DNA of 64,000 nt from Shewanella sp. (GTDB taxonomy: Bacteria > Pseudomonadota > Gammaproteobacteria > Enterobacterales > Shewanellaceae): positions 45 through 64,044 of the forward strand of contig JAOIUG010000007.1 in the NCBI GenBank assembly GCA_028223395.1, written 5' to 3'. The notes under the pieces are model-generated. The model made no database searches and was not told where the DNA came from. It saw only the letters and a list, made by a program, of their open reading frames with translations. A program made the translations under genes and the position numbers. Shown piece by piece: positions 1-9,908 of the stretch. Each line of letters starts with the position of its first letter. The first letter of the stretch is position 1.

Positions 1-107
1 TATGCATTTATGCATTTATGCATTTATGCATTTACTTATACATTTATGCATTTACTTATACATTTATGCATTTACTTATGCATTTATGCATTTACTTATG
101 CATTTAT
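1..107. repeat. Short tandem repeat, (TATGCATT)n grading into a 20-bp unit CATTTATGCATTTACTTAT[A/G]; runs off the window edge
   Basis: Directly visible: about 4 copies of the 8-mer, then about 4 copies of the 20-mer. Confidence 0.9.
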
Positions 108-195
108 CGTTGTCTTGTTCACATAACTGACGTAACACCCTGACGAGCCTGCGGTGACAAAAAATCGCAAACGCTCACCTGCAACTAGCTGACAC

Positions 196-223
196 AAAAA
201 AAGCCGTCAATTGACGGCTTTTT
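196..223 (-). terminator. Intrinsic (probably bidirectional) terminator after erpA
   Basis: AAAAAAAGCCGTC-AATT-GACGGCTTTTT hairpin with A/T tails. Confidence 0.8.
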
Positions 224-266
224 GATGGGTGCCACATCGGCCATCCACTTTAGTCTGCAAGGTTAC

Positions 267-617
267 TTATACTGAGAAACTCGCGCCACAACCACAGGTT
301 GTTGTCGCATTGGGGTTTTTCACAAAAAAACGTGATCCCTCAAGGCCTGAAGTGTAGTCCACTTCACCACCGACTAAGTACTGTAAGCTCATAGGATCAA
401 CAACTAACTGAACACCCTGCTTCTCTACAGTAAAGTCACCCTCATTTACTTTTTCATCAAAAGTAAAGCCATATTGGAAACCAGAGCAACCACCACCAGT
501 TACATAAACACGTAATTTAAGCGCGTCGTTTTCTTCTTCATCAAGCAAGGTTTTTACTTTTGATGCCGCTGCATCTGTGAAGCGGATCGGCAAAGCATCT
601 TCAGCTTGTTCAGTCAT
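267..617 (-). CDS. erpA: A-type Fe-S cluster carrier ErpA
   Basis: [17 protein letters not shown] and C-terminal TCGCGASF motifs; 116 aa; near hemL and a ClC gene as in other Gammaproteobacteria. Confidence 0.95.
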   Translation of the reverse strand: MTEQAEDALPIRFTDAAASKVKTLLDEEENDALKLRVYVTGGGCSGFQYGFTFDEKVNEGDFTVEKQGVQLVVDPMSLQYLVGGEVDYTSGLEGSRFFVKNPNATTTCGCGASFSV

Positions 618-636
618 TATTACCTCTTACCTCTAT

Positions 637-1413
637 TTACTGTGCAGAATTATCTAATACCTGAGTGTTTTGTTCAAGTAATATGGTCTGCTCATTTTCA
701 TCCACAAGTAATTCTTGTGAACTGTATTCTTGCTCAGCCTGTGAGCCTTTGGTCCAGCGGCTTGCAGGCACGATCACTTTGACTATGACTCTAGATAACA
801 CAAAATTGTCGGGTAATGTGAACTCAGCCTCTAATACTTGAAAATAAGTAAATTTAAATTTCAATGGCGTCTTGCTCAAATCGGCCAATCTGATGGTTTT
901 AATTTTTCCCTCTTGTAAGCCCACAAAACTCACTTCACTGCGTCCTGAAACTGACCGCTTACGCTTTTGTAATTGGGTCAGTACCAGTCTTAATCGGTAT
1001 TGCCCCGGTAGTGGCTCTGGCAGCAACTCAAGGTTGTTAATCGCGACGCCTTCTGCGCTATGTTCTGGAGCCATCACGCTGCGATAAAAAGCCAGCTCAC
1101 GCGTCAGTTCTTGTTGCTTTTGCTGTTGTTTAACAAACATTGCTTGCATGTTGGCATTGGCTTCTTTTTCGACTGCCAGCTCAATATTGCGGGCAGCAAG
1201 GGTATCGGCCTGTTGTTGTAATTTTGCTTTAAACACTAACGTGTTGTCCGTCTGCTGTGTGACTTTTGCAGAGAAATAGTCCGCACCAACATGAAAGCAT
1301 AAAGCACCTAATACAAACGATGTCAGCACCAGTAACAATAAATAAATACTAGATGAACGCAACTGCCGCTCGAGCACTTGCAAGCGGTCGAGCCAGCGGT
1401 GGTAACTTGCCAT
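637..1413 (-). CDS. Membrane-anchored coiled-coil hypothetical protein (DUF6776-like) upstream of erpA
   Basis: One N-terminal TM helix, coiled coil (ELTRELAFYRSVMAP), beta-rich C-terminus (FKFTYFQ). Start moved to ATG 1413 to avoid overlap with the divergent gene. Confidence 0.7.
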   Translation of the reverse strand: MASYHRWLDRLQVLERQLRSSSIYLLLLVLTSFVLGALCFHVGADYFSAKVTQQTDNTLVFKAKLQQQADTLAARNIELAVEKEANANMQAMFVKQQQKQQELTRELAFYRSVMAPEHSAEGVAINNLELLPEPLPGQYRLRLVLTQLQKRKRSVSGRSEVSFVGLQEGKIKTIRLADLSKTPLKFKFTYFQVLEAEFTLPDNFVLSRVIVKVIVPASRWTKGSQAEQEYSSQELLVDENEQTILLEQNTQVLDNSAQ

Positions 1414-1484
1414 TAAATAACAGCCTCTTAATAAAAAACTCACATTACAGTATAATAAGTTCACTGAACTTTGGGGATGTGTCT

Positions 1485-3194
1485 GTGTATCAAACGATAG
1501 CAAAATTGCAACAGCAAGCTAAACAGTATCTCAATACAGAGCTAAAAGACACGCTTTCTCATGCCAAAGTCAGCGTTCAATTATGCATATTGGCGTTGCT
1601 ATTTGCGCTATTTGCGTCTGCTGTTATTTTACTTTTTAGATTGTTGCTGGAGTGGTTTGACACTTTTTTGCAAAATCAAAGTGTGAATTTTACGGATCTG
1701 ATCGATGACTGGCGAGTATTATTACCACTTTTTGGATCTTTTTTGATCTGGGGCGTCGCTAAGTTAGGCTCAAAACGTTACCAACGTATGGGGATAGCCT
1801 ATGTGATCCATCGCATGAAATTGCATTATGGCAAAATTCCATTGCAGTCAGCTCCTGGGCAGTTTTTTCAAGCATTATTTGCCTTAGCCACTCATTTTTC
1901 TGTCGGCCGAGAAGGTCCTGCAATCCACCTTGGTGCTGTCAGTGCCAGCATGTTGGCCGAAAAATTCAAGCTGCCAGATAACAGCGTCCGGATCATGTGC
2001 GCCAGTGGCATTGCAGCTGGCATTGCTGCTATTTTTAATGCTCCTCTTGCGGCGGTTATTTTTGTCTTTGAAGTGGTGTTACGTGAATATAAAATTCACT
2101 ACTTTTTCCCTGTGATGCTATCTGCCATCTGCGGCGCGTTAACCAGCCAAGTGGTGTTTGGTAATGTGCATGAGTTTGAGCAAATTGGTGCCGAAGTGAT
2201 CCCGTTGAGCCAATATCCTCTACTGGCAATATTTGGCGTTGTGCTTGGCTCTATAGCGGCATTTTTTAATAAATCTTTGCTTAAATTAACCGCGATGGGT
2301 CAGCGCTGGCCATTATTCCAACGACTATTATTAGCTGGGGCGGTTACCACACTGGTAGGGCTTATTCTGCCACAAGCAATTGGCAGCGGGGAGCTGGCTA
2401 TTGCCGAAGCCATTAACGATCATCCCAGTATTTTACTGCTGGTGGCAATTTTGATAGGGAAGGTTATCGCGACCATCGCCGCCATTGGACTTGGGATCCC
2501 AGGCGGCCTCATTGGTCCACTTTATGGTATTGGCGCGTTAATTGGCACAATATTAGCGCTGGTTTGCGCGATCTGGTTTCCCTCAATTGCACCGTATGTG
2601 GGTTTATACACGATTATCGGTATGACCGGCATGATGGGGGTTTGTCTTAGTGCGCCGCTAGCGGCATTAGTCGCCTTAATTGAGCTGACCAATAATGCTT
2701 CCATTATTTTACCGTCAATGTTTGTAGTCATTCCCGCGTTTTTAATCTCGCATCAAGGCTTTAAAACGAAGTCGATTTTCTTTAAACAACTGGAAATGAT
2801 GGGGCTTGGCTACAAGGTTCCACCGGTTAACCTCGGTTTACAAAAAGTCGGCGTCCGCCATTTGATGGATAAGCGCTTTGTGATTGTGGCTGATAATGAC
2901 CAATTATTACTCGAAGTATTAAAACGAGCAGAGGGTCGCTCAGTCCTTGTGCGCAACGCCAATGATGCTGTCGACATGCTACAACTTGAGCTGCAAGCCA
3001 CTGATAACGCATCGACGTTAACTCGCCATCCCGTCTCTGGCGTGCCAGATACTGTAACGTTAAATGAAGTGTACTTGATTTTGTCACAGCAAAGATGCGG
3101 TGAAGTCTATGTTTATCAAGAAAGTAAAAACAATATTGTAGGCGTGATAAATTGGGCGACGCTGCAAAAAGAGATCCGCTCTGGGCAGGTTTAA
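1485..3194 (+). CDS. ClC-family chloride channel/transporter with a degenerate CBS-like C-terminal region
   Basis: SVGREGP, AAGIAAIFNAPL and APL motifs; many TM helices; GTG 1485 follows a GGGGA SD. Confidence 0.85.
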   Translation: MYQTIAKLQQQAKQYLNTELKDTLSHAKVSVQLCILALLFALFASAVILLFRLLLEWFDTFLQNQSVNFTDLIDDWRVLLPLFGSFLIWGVAKLGSKRYQRMGIAYVIHRMKLHYGKIPLQSAPGQFFQALFALATHFSVGREGPAIHLGAVSASMLAEKFKLPDNSVRIMCASGIAAGIAAIFNAPLAAVIFVFEVVLREYKIHYFFPVMLSAICGALTSQVVFGNVHEFEQIGAEVIPLSQYPLLAIFGVVLGSIAAFFNKSLLKLTAMGQRWPLFQRLLLAGAVTTLVGLILPQAIGSGELAIAEAINDHPSILLLVAILIGKVIATIAAIGLGIPGGLIGPLYGIGALIGTILALVCAIWFPSIAPYVGLYTIIGMTGMMGVCLSAPLAALVALIELTNNASIILPSMFVVIPAFLISHQGFKTKSIFFKQLEMMGLGYKVPPVNLGLQKVGVRHLMDKRFVIVADNDQLLLEVLKRAEGRSVLVRNANDAVDMLQLELQATDNASTLTRHPVSGVPDTVTLNEVYLILSQQRCGEVYVYQESKNNIVGVINWATLQKEIRSGQV

Positions 3195-3239
3195 TACATC
3201 ATCGGTGCCAGAACGTCCAATCCTGGCACCTTAATATGA

Positions 3240-4034
3240 TCAGTCCGCTGTTTTTTTGCGCAAGTAAGGCATTGCCAGCAACACACAACCCACAATAAAA
3301 AACGGTATACTGAGTAATTGTCCAGCACTGAATACCCAATCACCGGTATAAACCGCTTGCTTGACTTTTACCATTTCAATCAAGAATCGGGCGCTAAAAA
3401 TTAAAATTAAGAATAAGCCAAAGATAGCGCCATGCTTTTGCTTCATCGATGAAAGTCGGTAAAGACACCACAACAACGCAAATATCGACAAGTAAGCAAT
3501 GGCTTCATAGAGTTGAGCGGGATGACGCGGTAAAAAATCGATCCGTTCAAACACTACGCCCCACGGCTGGTTGGTCGGCAAGCCTATGATCTCAGAATTA
3601 ACAAAGTTGGCCATGCGCACAAAAAATCCAAATATGGCCGTTGCAATGGCTAAGCGGTCAAGTAAAAACAAAAACGGCAACTTAACCTGACGCTGATAAA
3701 CGTAAAGTGCAATAATGGCGCCTAAACCGCCACCGTGACTGGCTAATCCACCTTCCCAGATAGCCAAGATTTTAAGTGGATGACTGAGGTAGTAACTGGG
3801 ATCGTAAAACAAGCAGTGGGCTAACCGTGCTCCAACAATAATGCCGACCACACAATACATCAATAAGTTATCAAGTGATTCGACCGGTAAGTTTTCTCGC
3901 ACATAAATACGTTTCATCACCTGAAACCCAGAGGCAATAGCCAACGCGAACAATATGCCGTACCAATGTATTTTTAGCCCCATCACATCTATTGCAACAG
4001 GATCTACATTCCAAATTAAATGCTCCACACTCAA
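3240..4034 (-). CDS. lgt: Prolipoprotein diacylglyceryl transferase
   Basis: IHWYG, GARL, WEGGLASHGG, RMANFVNSE and RHPAQLYE motifs. Confidence 0.92.
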   Translation of the reverse strand: MSVEHLIWNVDPVAIDVMGLKIHWYGILFALAIASGFQVMKRIYVRENLPVESLDNLLMYCVVGIIVGARLAHCLFYDPSYYLSHPLKILAIWEGGLASHGGGLGAIIALYVYQRQVKLPFLFLLDRLAIATAIFGFFVRMANFVNSEIIGLPTNQPWGVVFERIDFLPRHPAQLYEAIAYLSIFALLWCLYRLSSMKQKHGAIFGLFLILIFSARFLIEMVKVKQAVYTGDWVFSAGQLLSIPFFIVGCVLLAMPYLRKKTAD

Positions 4035-4324
4035 CCTTCCAAAGTTATGCTTTCAAATTAAAATATTAAATATATGGCTGTTTTACGCTGCAACAAATCA
4101 TTTGGCAAGTAATAACCCCATATAACGGTGCATTTGGTCTTGTCATTTACCCCTACAGACTCTGTTTACCAACATCGCTTGTGGTTTGCACCAACATGGG
4201 TATGTTCCACTGCCACATAAATTTTGCTATAGTGCCGCCTCAGCCACCCTACATAAATTTAGGGCAAATTAGCCGCGTGATAACGCTTGCTAAAAAGCCC
4301 CCCAGAAATTGGAAATAAAGGCTG

Positions 4325-5344
4325 ATGACTCAGTTTCAAGGTTCACATATCCTTTCAGTAAACCAGCTTAATTTGGATGCGGTACAGAACATTTTTGATG
4401 TTGCAACCCGCATGACGCCTTATGCATTAAGACAAAAACGCACCACGGTTTTAGATGGCGCAGTATTGGGCAACCTTTTCTTTGAGCCCAGCACTCGAAC
4501 GCGAATAAGCTTTGGTAGTGCGTTTAATTTACTTGGCGGCAAAGTCAATGAAACCGTCGGTATGGCGTCATCGTCATTATCAAAAGGTGAGTCGTTGTAT
4601 GACACCGCGCGGGTACTTTCAAGTTACTCTGATGTGATTGCTATGCGCCATCCTGACGCGTTTTCAGTTAAAGAGTTTGCTAAAGGCAGCCGCGTACCGG
4701 TGATCAACGGCGGCGATGGCTCAAACGAGCACCCGACTCAGGCATTGCTGGATCTATTTACCATCCAAAAAGAACTCGCCTCTGGCGGGCGCGAGATCAG
4801 TGGCATGCATATTGCGATGGTCGGCGATTTGAAGTTTGGTCGCACCGTACACTCTTTATCTCGCCTGTTATGCATGTATAAGAATGTCAGCTTCACGTTA
4901 GTGTCGCCAAAAGAGTTGGCAATGCCTGATTATGTGATCGATGACATTGAAAATGCTGGGCATAACATCACAATAACCGATCAACTTGAAGGCAACCTAG
5001 ATCGCGCTGATATACTCTATCTGACTCGCATTCAAGAAGAGCGCTTCCCATCACAGGACGAAGCCAATAAGTACCGCGGTAAGTTTCGACTCAACCAAAG
5101 TATTTACACAAAGAATTGTAAATCTAACACAGTGATCATGCATCCTTTGCCACGAGACTCTCGTGAACAAGCAAATGAACTGGATAACGATCTTAATAAC
5201 CACCCGAATCTGGCTATTTTTAGGCAAGCAGATAATGGGTTATTGATCCGCATGGCACTGTTTGCACTGACGCTAGGTGTTGACTCTCAATTGGAGCAAT
5301 ATGAGCGTCCAGTCAATTGGTATTCACGAAAAGCTGAACTTTAA
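4325..5344 (+). CDS. pyrB: Aspartate carbamoyltransferase catalytic subunit
   Basis: FFEPSTRT, HPTQALLD, GDLKFGRTVHSL, TRIQEER and MHPLPR motifs. Confidence 0.95.
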   Translation: MTQFQGSHILSVNQLNLDAVQNIFDVATRMTPYALRQKRTTVLDGAVLGNLFFEPSTRTRISFGSAFNLLGGKVNETVGMASSSLSKGESLYDTARVLSSYSDVIAMRHPDAFSVKEFAKGSRVPVINGGDGSNEHPTQALLDLFTIQKELASGGREISGMHIAMVGDLKFGRTVHSLSRLLCMYKNVSFTLVSPKELAMPDYVIDDIENAGHNITITDQLEGNLDRADILYLTRIQEERFPSQDEANKYRGKFRLNQSIYTKNCKSNTVIMHPLPRDSREQANELDNDLNNHPNLAIFRQADNGLLIRMALFALTLGVDSQLEQYERPVNWYSRKAEL

Positions 5345-5372
5345 TCCAGCTACTGACTTTTAAGGATCTAAC

Positions 5373-6662
5373 ATGACCCGTTCCGACGAGCTTTTTGAAC
5401 AGGCTAAAAAAACCATTCCTGGCGGCGTTAATTCTCCAGTGCGCGCTTTTAATGGTGTGGGGGGCTCTCCCCGTTTTATTGACAAAGCTGATGGCGCGTA
5501 TATCTTTGACGCCGATGGTAAAAAGTATATCGATTATGTCGGATCTTGGGGACCGATGATCTTAGGCCATAATCACCCGAAAATCCGCGAAGCGGTCTTA
5601 AAAGCTGTGGAAAATGGCCTGTCATTTGGCGCGCCAACAGAGCTTGAAGTCACCATGGCTGAAAAAGTCATTGAAATGGTACCTTCAATGGAACAAGTGC
5701 GCATGGTCAGTTCAGGAACTGAAGCGACCATGAGTGCGATCCGTTTAGCACGTGGCTTCACTAACCGTGACAAAATCCTAAAGTTTGAAGGTTGTTACCA
5801 CGGCCACGCTGACTGCCTATTAGTAAAAGCAGGTTCAGGCGCACTCACGCTTGGTCAGCCTAGCTCTCCTGGTATTCCTGAAGATTTTGCTAAGCACACT
5901 TTAACTGCCACTTATAATGATCTTGATTCTGTTAAGGCGCTGTTTGCACAGTACCCTGAAGCGATTTCGTGCATTATTTTAGAGCCTGTTGCCGGTAACA
6001 TGAACTGTATTCCACCTGTAGAAGGTTTCTTACAAGGCTTACGTGCTATTTGTGATCAATATGGTGCATTGCTGATTATTGATGAAGTTATGACTGGTTT
6101 TCGCGTCTCTAAGAGCGGTGCACAGGGTCACTACGGTGTCACGCCCGATCTAACCACATTAGGTAAAGTGATTGGCGGCGGCATGCCTGTAGGCGCTTTT
6201 GGTGGCCGTAAAGATGTCATGCAGTTTATCGCCCCTACCGGCCCTGTTTATCAAGCTGGGACACTCTCTGGTAACCCAATTGCCATGTCTGCTGGCCTTG
6301 CACAAATGGACGCGCTGTGTGAAGACGGCGTTTACGAGCAGCTAGCGGCAAAAACGCAATACATTGCTGAAGGCTTTAAAGCCGCGGCCAATAAACACGG
6401 CATTCCAATGGCCATTAACTACGTCGGTGGCATGTTTGGTTTCTTCTTCACTGAAGAGGAAACCGTCACTTCGTTTGAACAAGTCACTCAGTGCGACGCC
6501 GAAAAATTCCCCGAATTTTACCATGGCATGCTAGATGAAGGTGTTTACCTCGCACCAAGTGCTTATGAAGCAGGTTTCCTCTCGCTTGCTCACGGTGAAG
6601 CAGAGCTTGAAGCAACACTCGCGGCGGCTGAGCGTGTATTTGCAAAAATGGCTAAAGGCTAG
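5373..6662 (+). CDS. hemL: Glutamate-1-semialdehyde 2,1-aminomutase
   Basis: [42 protein letters not shown] (PLP lysine) and [10 protein letters not shown]. Confidence 0.97.
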   Translation: MTRSDELFEQAKKTIPGGVNSPVRAFNGVGGSPRFIDKADGAYIFDADGKKYIDYVGSWGPMILGHNHPKIREAVLKAVENGLSFGAPTELEVTMAEKVIEMVPSMEQVRMVSSGTEATMSAIRLARGFTNRDKILKFEGCYHGHADCLLVKAGSGALTLGQPSSPGIPEDFAKHTLTATYNDLDSVKALFAQYPEAISCIILEPVAGNMNCIPPVEGFLQGLRAICDQYGALLIIDEVMTGFRVSKSGAQGHYGVTPDLTTLGKVIGGGMPVGAFGGRKDVMQFIAPTGPVYQAGTLSGNPIAMSAGLAQMDALCEDGVYEQLAAKTQYIAEGFKAAANKHGIPMAINYVGGMFGFFFTEEETVTSFEQVTQCDAEKFPEFYHGMLDEGVYLAPSAYEAGFLSLAHGEAELEATLAAAERVFAKMAKG

Positions 6663-6692
6663 CGCTTAAAAGCCACTTATTGTAAGCACAAT

Positions 6693-6719
6693 AAAGGAGC
6701 GTTTCGGCGTTCCTTTTTT
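6693..6719 (+). terminator. Intrinsic terminator after hemL
   Basis: AAAGGAGCG-TTTCGG-CGTTCCTTTTTT. Confidence 0.75.
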
Positions 6720-6780
6720 ATTGCCATTCACACAGGTGCCATCTCGCGCTTTATCGTATTAACTCGTAGTACAATATGCA

Positions 6781-6828
6781 GCGGTGCAGTATATGAGTAG
6801 TACAGTATATGAGTAGTGCAGTATATAA
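6781..6828. repeat. Three tandem imperfect 16-bp repeats (GTAGT[A/G]CAGTATATGA)
   Basis: Units at 6781-6796, 6797-6812 and 6813-6828, plus a decayed copy from 6766. Confidence 0.8.
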
Positions 6829-7389
6829 ATAGCCCATTATCCACTCATCAAAAGGCTCAATCTATCGATTAAAAGCCTTGAGGCGTTCGAGCGCTAAAGT
6901 CAACACCATCGCTCTCACTCACAGACTACCCACCAGCAGCATAATCACCTACAAGAAGCCATTAAGCATCATTTAAATCACAAATATTGACAATTTCCTC
7001 GCTAGAGAACAATTGCGTTCTATTTTTCGCTGTGCTCTGATCGTCACGCTCTATCCAAAGAAAGCTTAAATATTTAGCCAAATAATTTAGAAATGTGAAT
7101 GTCTAAGGCGTTGCATCAGTTAGGCGCTACGCACCGTAAGATGAAAGGCCTCTCGCCTGTTTAATCGATGCGCTGCCGGCTTCAACGGCATACAACCTTC
7201 GTCAATGGATTTGAATACGCAGCATCTTAGATTATCAACTTGGGAGCGCTCACCGCTCCCCCTAATCGATAGTTTGCCCGTGTCAATTCACTCCCACAAC
7301 TCTACTTTTTAGGCTCTATGCTATCTTGCTTAGTAGCAGAACAATACTGAACTCAGTATCCAATATAAAAATAGCCTGTGAGTTGCCCT

Positions 7390-8637
7390 ATGTTGTACGC
7401 CTTTCTAATATCGCTAGCAGTACTTGCGTTGTTAAGTATTGTGTTTGAAGAAGTTACCCACCTCAATAAAGCTAAAACAACCTTGTTTTTCGGATGTATC
7501 TCTTGGATTGTCCTTTTTATGGCCGCAGGCAGCCCTAGCCATGAGAAGCTAGTCGAAGAGCGGCTAAACGAAAATTTGCTTGAAATTGCTACTTTGTGGT
7601 TATTTCTCATGTCGACAATGACCTTTGTCGCTTATCTCAATGCAAAAGGCATGATCCAGATACTGGTGCAAAAGTTGTTTCCCCAACGGGTCTCTGTGCG
7701 GATGTTAATGTTGCAAGTTGCGTTATTTTCTTTAGTGCTTTCAGCCATCTGTGACAACGTTACGGCCACTTTGGTGTCTTTAGGGTTACTGACTACTTTT
7801 AAGCTCGATAAACAGATGCGTCAGCGTATGGCCGTGCTGATCATCTTTGCAGTTAATTCTGGTGGAGTTGCGCTCATTACGGGCGATGTCACCACATTAA
7901 TGATTTTTCTTCGTGGCCATGTACACATGTCGGAACTGTTACTGCTATTTATGCCTGCGGCGGCGAGTGTGATGCTGCTTGCAGCGCTGCTGTCAATAAA
8001 GGCTGAAGGAGAAGTCAGTACCACGCCCATTAAGACAAAAGTGCGTTCAGTCGATATTATTATCGCGGCGCTTTTTTTCAGCACTATTGTGATGACCATG
8101 CTCCTCAATATCCTGTTTAACATTCCTCCCGTGCTCATTTTCTTAACAGGTTTGTCTATCATGTTTCTCATCGGCCATACGACTCGAAGCAACAACGAAG
8201 AGTTACAGATTTTGGAGTACATTCGGCAGGTCGAGTATGACACATTGCTATTTTTCTTAGGCATTTTGCTACTTGTTGGCATGCTTAAAGAAATAGGTAC
8301 TCTTGATCTACTCACGCAACTCTACTCGCAGTTTGACCCTAACATATCTAACTTTGCAGCAGGTATAGGCTCAGCGCTGCTTGATAACGTGCCACTAACC
8401 GCCGCATTATTAAAAGCAGAGCCGGTCCTTAACACGCCGCAATGGCTTGGATTAACTTACTCTGTGGGCGTGGGAGGCTCATTACTGGTTATTGGCTCTG
8501 CCGCAGGCATTATTGCCATGAGCAAAGTCAAAGAGTTAACCTTTGTTAGCTATCTTAAATTTGTACCAGCGCTCGCACTTTGTTATAGCGTGGGTTACGG
8601 GCTGACGTTGCTACTGTCTTACCATTTCTATGGTTAG
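7390..8637 (+). CDS. NhaD-like Na+/H+ antiporter (ion transporter superfamily)
   Basis: FEEVTHLNKAK, SAICDNVTATL, ITGDVTTLM, SALLDNVPL and GGSLLVIGSAAG motifs; polytopic membrane protein. Confidence 0.8.
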   Translation: MLYAFLISLAVLALLSIVFEEVTHLNKAKTTLFFGCISWIVLFMAAGSPSHEKLVEERLNENLLEIATLWLFLMSTMTFVAYLNAKGMIQILVQKLFPQRVSVRMLMLQVALFSLVLSAICDNVTATLVSLGLLTTFKLDKQMRQRMAVLIIFAVNSGGVALITGDVTTLMIFLRGHVHMSELLLLFMPAAASVMLLAALLSIKAEGEVSTTPIKTKVRSVDIIIAALFFSTIVMTMLLNILFNIPPVLIFLTGLSIMFLIGHTTRSNNEELQILEYIRQVEYDTLLFFLGILLLVGMLKEIGTLDLLTQLYSQFDPNISNFAAGIGSALLDNVPLTAALLKAEPVLNTPQWLGLTYSVGVGGSLLVIGSAAGIIAMSKVKELTFVSYLKFVPALALCYSVGYGLTLLLSYHFYG

Positions 8638-8880
8638 GGCTGTTGCTCTTTCGAGCTTAGTTTTTGTTCGAATTCATTTTTTTAGTACAAGGCTTGAGCG
8701 ATGATGCTTAGCTGGCTAAGTGAAAAGCGCGTCACGCACTCAAGTCATAAAAGAATTGAAATGAACCCAAAGGGCCGCGTTTATTGGCTATTTTGACTGT
8801 GCTGTAGACTATTTGTGGAGAGTAACTAAACACCATAGCCTCCGCCTTGTCAAAATAACTAATAAACTGCGGCAAAAATA
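8638..8880 (+). mobile_element. MITE-like repeat, copy 1 (one terminal inverted repeat lost)
   Basis: Starts GGCTGTTGCTCTTT right after the nhaD TAG; aligns along its length with the reverse complement of 29910-30196. Confidence 0.85.
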
Positions 8881-8910
8881 AAAAGGCCTAGCGATTGCTA
8901 GGCCTTTTTT
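8880..8910. terminator. Bidirectional intrinsic terminator between nhaD/MITE and exeB
   Basis: AAAAAGGCCTAGC-GATT-GCTAGGCCTTTTTT. Confidence 0.85.
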
Positions 8911-8954
8911 ATGGGGTGAGCTTTTGCCGTAAAGCCTTTGCCAAAGCTGCAGCG

Positions 8955-9908
8955 CTAAATGGCAGGCACTTTAAACTCTGTCCCTTCAATGGACAAAACA
9001 ACATCACGCGGGCGGATCTCGACCACCGTTAACTTATTTTGGATCTTATCCCCTTGCTGCAGCTCTTGGCCGTCGACATTTAACCAACGATTACTAGGGT
9101 TGCTAGAATATACATGGGCATTAATATTAAACTCAGGCACTTGTAGTTGAAGCCCAGCAGGTAACTGCCCGTATTTAGGTAAAGAGTCCGATTTACTTAC
9201 TGTAGGGATCGGGTCTAAGTTGGGTCGAGAAACGGGAGTTGCCAATGCATGCTCACGCTCAACATCTTTTAAGGCTGCTTCAAATGCGGCCACTAAATTA
9301 TTGTTATCTTGTACTGTAGAGTCTGTCCCTAACCCGACCTCTGCAGCCGCGAGATCCACTTCGTATTGAAGTGATGCCAATACATTTTTACCCCGCTGAT
9401 TAGCATTTTTTCCAAGAATAATAGGCTCGGGATCTGACACATTAGACACTCCAGTATTTGGCTCAGTGCTCACTAATGTACGAAGTCCCTCCTGCTGCCC
9501 AACCTGTTCAGTCGCGGCTGCTGTAGTTTGATCGGTAAAGTTAACCACAGCTACGCTTGGCCGCGCTTGAGCAACAGGCAATGGCGCTTTCCCAGCAAGT
9601 TTAATACCGGCATCATCAAATGTCGCCTCAACAGTTACCGCCGGCGCAAGCTGCACACTGTTTACAGCGCGATCTAACGCGGGGGCATTTGCAGTATGGG
9701 GCTTAGCCAACACGTCGCTTAACAGCCAAGCTAACGCGATAATGGCACCAAAAAGAGCCACAAAAAACGCAGTGCGTTTAATCATGCGACGCTCACTGTG
9801 ATAGTCATAGCGTTGAGCGCTCGCCGATGGCACTGGCGTCACTAAATCTAACTCTCCAGCTTGAGATTGTTGCTTATCCCGAGTCACAGCATCGAGTAAA
9901 ATAGACAT
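8955..9908 (-). CDS. gspB: Type II secretion accessory protein GspB/ExeB
   Basis: MSILLDAV N-terminus, one TM helix, C-terminal INAHVYSS..RWLNVDG..LQQGD domain; coupled to exeA. Confidence 0.85.
   Translation of the reverse strand: MSILLDAVTRDKQQSQAGELDLVTPVPSASAQRYDYHSERRMIKRTAFFVALFGAIIALAWLLSDVLAKPHTANAPALDRAVNSVQLAPAVTVEATFDDAGIKLAGKAPLPVAQARPSVAVVNFTDQTTAAATEQVGQQEGLRTLVSTEPNTGVSNVSDPEPIILGKNANQRGKNVLASLQYEVDLAAAEVGLGTDSTVQDNNNLVAAFEAALKDVEREHALATPVSRPNLDPIPTVSKSDSLPKYGQLPAGLQLQVPEFNINAHVYSSNPSNRWLNVDGQELQQGDKIQNKLTVVEIRPRDVVLSIEGTEFKVPAI

Noticed and set aside
1353-1503. Head-to-head overlap of the ClC and DUF6776-like ORFs
   Set aside because: Artefact of longest-ORF starts; starts at 1413 (-) and 1485 (+) leave a normal gap
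1-6830. CRISPR interpretation of the repeats at 1-107 and 6781-6828
   Set aside because: Units are short and directly adjacent, with no unique spacers and no cas genes
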